DNA from: an uncultured Gemmatimonadales bacterium
Lineage (GTDB): Bacteria > Gemmatimonadota > Gemmatimonadetes > Gemmatimonadales > GWC2-71-9
Length of the DNA stretch: 64,000 nt
Direction: 5' to 3'
Assembly: GCA_963828735.1 (NCBI GenBank)
Contig: CAWHFW010000006.1
Span: 32,001-96,000, forward strand
In this document: positions 60,180 to 64,000 of the stretch, piece by piece
How positions within the stretch are numbered: position 1 is the stretch's first letter
How the letters are laid out: every line of letters starts with the position of its first letter
The notes under the pieces: model-generated
What the model was told of the DNA's origin: nothing
Database searches by the model: none
The model's input: only the letters and a program-made list of their open reading frames with translations
Translations under genes and position numbers: made by a program

Positions 60180-61478
60180 TCAGGCCCGTTCCCGCCCCTC
60201 GCCCGCGTCGCCCGCAAGGTCGCCCACCGCCCGCCGGATTGCCCGCTCCTGGGTCGGCTCGATGGTCCCCCCTACCCCACGGGTCTCCCACATCCGCCAC
60301 GCCACGACGGAGGCCACGACGAGGCACACGAGTCCTCCGCTGGCGATCGCGGTGCGCACCCCGAAGTGTTCGGCGATCCAGCCCGCCTGAAGCGATCCCA
60401 GCGGCGCCAGCCCGAGGACAACGAACGAGTACAACCCCATCACCCGGCCGCGCAGGCGATCGGGCGCCTGGAGCTGAAGGGTCGTATTGGCGGCGATACC
60501 GTTGAGCGCCATCAGGCAGCCCGCGACGGTGAACAGCACGACTGCCCACCAGAAGTTCGGCGCGAGCGCCGCACCGGCGAGCACGAGGCCGAACAGCATC
60601 GAGGAGCCGAGGACCAACCTCCCCCGCCGAGTCCGCCCACCGAGGCCGGCCATGAAGAACGCGGCAGCCGCCGCGCCCACGCCGATCGCGGAGACCATGG
60701 CGCCGTACCCGCCGGCGTCGAGCCCGAGCGCGTCCCGCGCGAAGACCGGCATCATGGTCATGAAGGAAAAGCCGAACACCGCGAACGTCGCGATGATCGT
60801 GACCACCGCGCGGGGCCACCGGGTGCCGAACACGTACCGGAACCCCTCGCGCATCGCCTCGAACGCGGGCTCGTGGGCGGCCAGCGGTCGCGGCTCGATG
60901 CGCATGAGGAGCAGGCTCGTGATCACGGCGAGGTAGCTCGCCGCGTTGGCGAAGAAGCAGGCCGCGAGCCCCACGGTGGCGATGAGCACCCCCGCGATGG
61001 CCGGCCCCACGACTCGGGCGACGTTGAAAGCGCTCGAGCCGAGCGCGATGGCGTTCATCAGATCCTCGCGGTCGACGATCTCCGCGATCAACGCCTGGCG
61101 CGTCGGGACCTCGAACGCCGAGAGGAAGCCGAAGAAGACGGCGAGCCCCATCACCCAGTGTACCGTCACTCGATCGAGCGCGATCAGGATGCCCAGGGTC
61201 AGGGCTTCCAGCAGCATGAGCGACTGGAAGATCAGTACCAGGCGGTGCTTGTTCACCCGGTCGGCGACCACGCCGCCATAGAGCGAGAACAGCAGGATCG
61301 GCAGCGTGCCGAGCGTCGTGACGAGGCCAACCTGGAACGGGGAGTTCGTCAGGTGCAGCACCAGCCAGCCCAACGCGACCGTCTGGATCCACGTGCCGCA
61401 GAGCGACACGAACTGCCCGACGATGAACAGCCGGAAGTTCCGGTGGCGAAATGCGGCGAAGAGCGCTGGAGCGGGCAC
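60180..61478 (-). CDS. MFS transporter (MFS_3/DUF894-like)
   Basis: FRHRNFRLF..GQFVS, GGVVADRVNK, AFEVPTRQA, FNVARVVGPAIAG, PDRLRGRVMG. Confidence 0.9.
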   Translation of the reverse strand: MPAPALFAAFRHRNFRLFIVGQFVSLCGTWIQTVALGWLVLHLTNSPFQVGLVTTLGTLPILLFSLYGGVVADRVNKHRLVLIFQSLMLLEALTLGILIALDRVTVHWVMGLAVFFGFLSAFEVPTRQALIAEIVDREDLMNAIALGSSAFNVARVVGPAIAGVLIATVGLAACFFANAASYLAVITSLLLMRIEPRPLAAHEPAFEAMREGFRYVFGTRWPRAVVTIIATFAVFGFSFMTMMPVFARDALGLDAGGYGAMVSAIGVGAAAAAFFMAGLGGRTRRGRLVLGSSMLFGLVLAGAALAPNFWWAVVLFTVAGCLMALNGIAANTTLQLQAPDRLRGRVMGLYSFVVLGLAPLGSLQAGWIAEHFGVRTAIASGGLVCLVVASVVAWRMWETRGVGGTIEPTQERAIRRAVGDLAGDAGEGRERA

Positions 61479-61571
61479 GGGGGGAAGGTAATCTGGCCTC
61501 GTCGGCCGGTCGCCCGCCCTCATCCCTTTCCCGGCTCCCCTGGGCGCGTTATCCATTCGACAGGAGACCTC

Positions 61572-62861
61572 ATGCGCTTCACCACCTACAGCAAGTACCA
61601 CCCCGAGCTGGCCGACGCGGTCAACCTCCAGGGATTGCTCGACCAGCTGACGGACTTTCTCCTCCAGAGCGGGTTCGCCGGCGGCTCGCCCTCGTTCTGG
61701 CACGACGAGATGCCGGACGGCGAGCGCTCCATGGACGCCCTGCGGCAGGCCATCCTGCAGGCGCTGATCGACTCGGGGCAGCTCACGCCCGACATGCTCA
61801 AGACGCTTCGTGGCGAGTCGACCGGCGACGCGGCGCACGACAAGGCGCTCGAGGGCCAGCTCGGCGAGCTGCTGGACAAGATCGTCCAGCGCCTGATCGA
61901 CGAGGGCTACCTGAACGTCACCCAGGCGCCGCAGGTGCCCCAGGGCTACCAGTCCATGTTCGGCCCCGGCGGCCAGGCCCGCTCGGCGGCGCAGCAGGTG
62001 CAATTCAACCTGACCGAGAAGGGCATCGATTTCCTCGGCTACAAGACGCTCAAGAATTTGCTCGGGAGCGTCGGCAAGTCGAGCTTCGGCGCGCACGACA
62101 CGCCCTATCTGGCGACGGGCGTCGAGGCCGAGGGCGTGAGCAAGCCATACGAGTTCGGCGACGTGCTCAACCTGGACGTCCCGGCCACGCTCACCAACGC
62201 GATCGCGCGCGAAGGGCTGGGCGTCCCGCTCAACATCGAGTACGCCGACCTGATGGTGAGCCAGAGCGAGTACCGCTCGAGCTCGGCGACGGTCCTCATG
62301 CTCGACTGCTCGCACTCGATGATCCTCTATGGCGAGGACCGCTTCACGCCGGCCAAGAAGGTCGCGCTCGCGCTCACGCACCTCATCCGCACTCAGTTTC
62401 CCGGAGACAGCCTTCGAGTCGTGCTGTTCCACGACTCCGCGGAAGAGATCCCGCTGAGCGCCCTGGCGACCGCGCAGGTCGGACCGTACCACACGAACAC
62501 GGCCGAAGGGCTCAAGCTGGCGCGCCGGCTGCTGCTCGCGCAGAAGAAGGACATGCGGCAGATCATCATGATCACCGACGGCAAGCCGTCGGCCCTCACG
62601 ATGGCGGATGGGCGGATCTACGTGAACTCGATGGGGCTCGATCCGCAGATCCTGCAGGCGACGTACCGCGAGGTGGCCAACTGCCGCCGCAGCGGCATCA
62701 TGATCAACACGTTCATGCTGGCGCGCGACCGGAGCCTGGTCGAGTTCGTGAAGCACGTGGCGTCGATCTGCAAGGGCAAGGCGTACTTCACGAACACGAT
62801 GACGCTGGGGCAGTTCATCCTGATGGACTTCATGAAGCGAAAGACGCGACGGGTCAGCTGA
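61572..62861 (+). CDS. VWA-domain protein
   Basis: AGGAG RBS; MIDAS motif LDCSHS, TNT, ITDGKP. Confidence 0.9.
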   Translation: MRFTTYSKYHPELADAVNLQGLLDQLTDFLLQSGFAGGSPSFWHDEMPDGERSMDALRQAILQALIDSGQLTPDMLKTLRGESTGDAAHDKALEGQLGELLDKIVQRLIDEGYLNVTQAPQVPQGYQSMFGPGGQARSAAQQVQFNLTEKGIDFLGYKTLKNLLGSVGKSSFGAHDTPYLATGVEAEGVSKPYEFGDVLNLDVPATLTNAIAREGLGVPLNIEYADLMVSQSEYRSSSATVLMLDCSHSMILYGEDRFTPAKKVALALTHLIRTQFPGDSLRVVLFHDSAEEIPLSALATAQVGPYHTNTAEGLKLARRLLLAQKKDMRQIIMITDGKPSALTMADGRIYVNSMGLDPQILQATYREVANCRRSGIMINTFMLARDRSLVEFVKHVASICKGKAYFTNTMTLGQFILMDFMKRKTRRVS

Positions 62862-62894
62862 TCGGACGTCTGAGTCGCATAACAGGTCACAAAT

Positions 62895-62935
62895 GAGAGG
62901 CCGCTCCATCGGTGATATGGAGCGGCCTCTCTCTT
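62895..62935 (+). terminator. Rho-independent terminator
   Basis: GAGAGGCCGCTCCAT-CGGTGAT-ATGGAGCGGCCTCTC followed by TCTT. Confidence 0.8.
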
Positions 62936-63117
62936 GCTACATCGAGGCGTTAGCTTGCTACGACTTATAGCTCTCGGTCAGTTCATCGACCTAAAGGACT
63001 GGACTGTCCGGTGCCAATCATCTCAAAGGAGGGCATCGAGGGACTAGGCGGCGAGACCTGCAGCGAGCAGGTCTGCACGACGGGATAGGGCGGTCACTTG
63101 CCCGCCCCCGTGCCAGC

Positions 63118-63969
63118 CTACCACGAACAGCCCATCCCCGTCGGACCCATCGGCATCCCCATAGCTTGCGCCTGCAGACCCATGAGCCGGTGCATGCGGT
63201 CAGCGTGGGCCTGCATCCTCGACCTCAGGCTGTCGTCCTGGAGTTTGGGCATCTCGGCCATGTCTCGCGTCACAGAGTCGCGGAGTGCCTTCCACTCGGG
63301 ACTCGGGGCGACGCCACGGGCGTGCATGTTGGCCGTCATCGCGCTCATCATCTGGGACGACATCTGGCTGTGCATTGCCCACATCCGTTGGCGTTGCTGA
63401 GCGGACCACGATCCGGCAGAGTCCACCGCCCAGCATCCGCCTGGCATGGTTGCCCATCCGCCACCGGGCATCATGCCCATGCCCAGCACCATCATGCGGC
63501 GCATGCGCTCGATGTGCGCTTGCGAAAGGGCCGCGAGGTCCTTTCCTGAGAGGCCCGGCATCGTCGAGAGGTCATTCTGGATCGAGTCATGCAACGAGGT
63601 CCAGGGCGAACCTGGTGCCATCCAGGCGCCGTTAGTGATCCTCCCTGGACCCATCATCCCGTGGCCCATCATGCCGGTTGGTCCCATCATCTGCAGCATG
63701 CGCCCAGCCATCTGCTGATGGACCGCCATCATCTGCTGCATCTGTGCCGGTGACCACCGCGCCATCGAGTCCAGGTGCATCCACATCATGGGCATGAAGC
63801 TGATGGCTTGGCTATCGACCGGCGGTCTCTGTGTGAGCGTGGCGCTGTCTTGACCCGCTGCAGTGGTTGGGGCTTGAGAAATTTCCTGAGGGGGGCTGCT
63901 GCCTCGCCGACACCCAGCGAACGGGGGCAGAAGCGCGAGGCACAGTATCATCGTCGCATGCGCTTTCAT
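63118..63969 (-). CDS. Met-rich lipoprotein with internal duplication (putative metal-binding)
   Basis: GGAG RBS; lipobox FAGC; 43 Met in 283 aa by hand count; two homologous helical halves. Confidence 0.8.
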   Translation of the reverse strand: MKAHATMILCLALLPPFAGCRRGSSPPQEISQAPTTAAGQDSATLTQRPPVDSQAISFMPMMWMHLDSMARWSPAQMQQMMAVHQQMAGRMLQMMGPTGMMGHGMMGPGRITNGAWMAPGSPWTSLHDSIQNDLSTMPGLSGKDLAALSQAHIERMRRMMVLGMGMMPGGGWATMPGGCWAVDSAGSWSAQQRQRMWAMHSQMSSQMMSAMTANMHARGVAPSPEWKALRDSVTRDMAEMPKLQDDSLRSRMQAHADRMHRLMGLQAQAMGMPMGPTGMGCSW

Positions 63970-64000
63970 CGTGATCTCCAGGCCGTTGGCACCGCGATGT

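Noticed and set aside
63986..64000. TTGGCAC at the window end as a sigma54 promoter
   Set aside because: Truncated by the window edge, so the -12 element cannot be assessed.

Overview
A high-GC (about 70% by eye), gene-dense bacterial chromosomal segment, probably Gemmatimonadota. That placement is inferred from gene content: an FCB-type short sigma-70, a PorX-like regulator, and lipoproteins with RCC1 and TolB-like repeats. Most of the window is housekeeping: an MsbA-like ABC exporter; a PorX/PglZ response regulator; a GT9 heptosyltransferase; a solo DnaB C-terminal domain; a long + strand run (yebC-ruvC-ruvA-small Zn-ribbon-ruvB-queA-dinB-tgt-yajC-def-fmt-thiE-thiS-thiG-rsmB-PASTA-rpe-tlpA-cdaR-like-tsaD-lgt); a - strand run (tamA-tamB-DAG kinase-sigma54 response regulator-4xCxxC mini-protein-NlpC/P60-HAD-CYTH-acpS-cytochrome c/FTR1-rraA); dppA/dppB-dacB-sixA; FNR; pduO-aroB; a sigma factor; glcDEF; and an AAA+/VWA pair. 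I found no tRNA, rRNA, CRISPR array or transposase. Three genes (msbA-like, dacB, aroB) carry frameshifts that look like long-read indel errors. The most interesting signals are ones the ORF track misses: (1) a complete sigma54 promoter, three-stem-loop, terminator unit at about 22016-22186, a candidate undescribed sRNA with IHF-like and enhancer-like sites; (2) a 27-aa, 9-Cys metallothionein-like micro-gene at 43476-43559 with its own promoter, RBS and terminator; (3) a 57-aa protein with four CxxC motifs; (4) a Fur box sitting on the start codon of a cytochrome c-FTR1 iron permease; (5) a 15%-Met lipoprotein with an internal duplication at the window end. All calls come from reading the sequence; no database searches were run.
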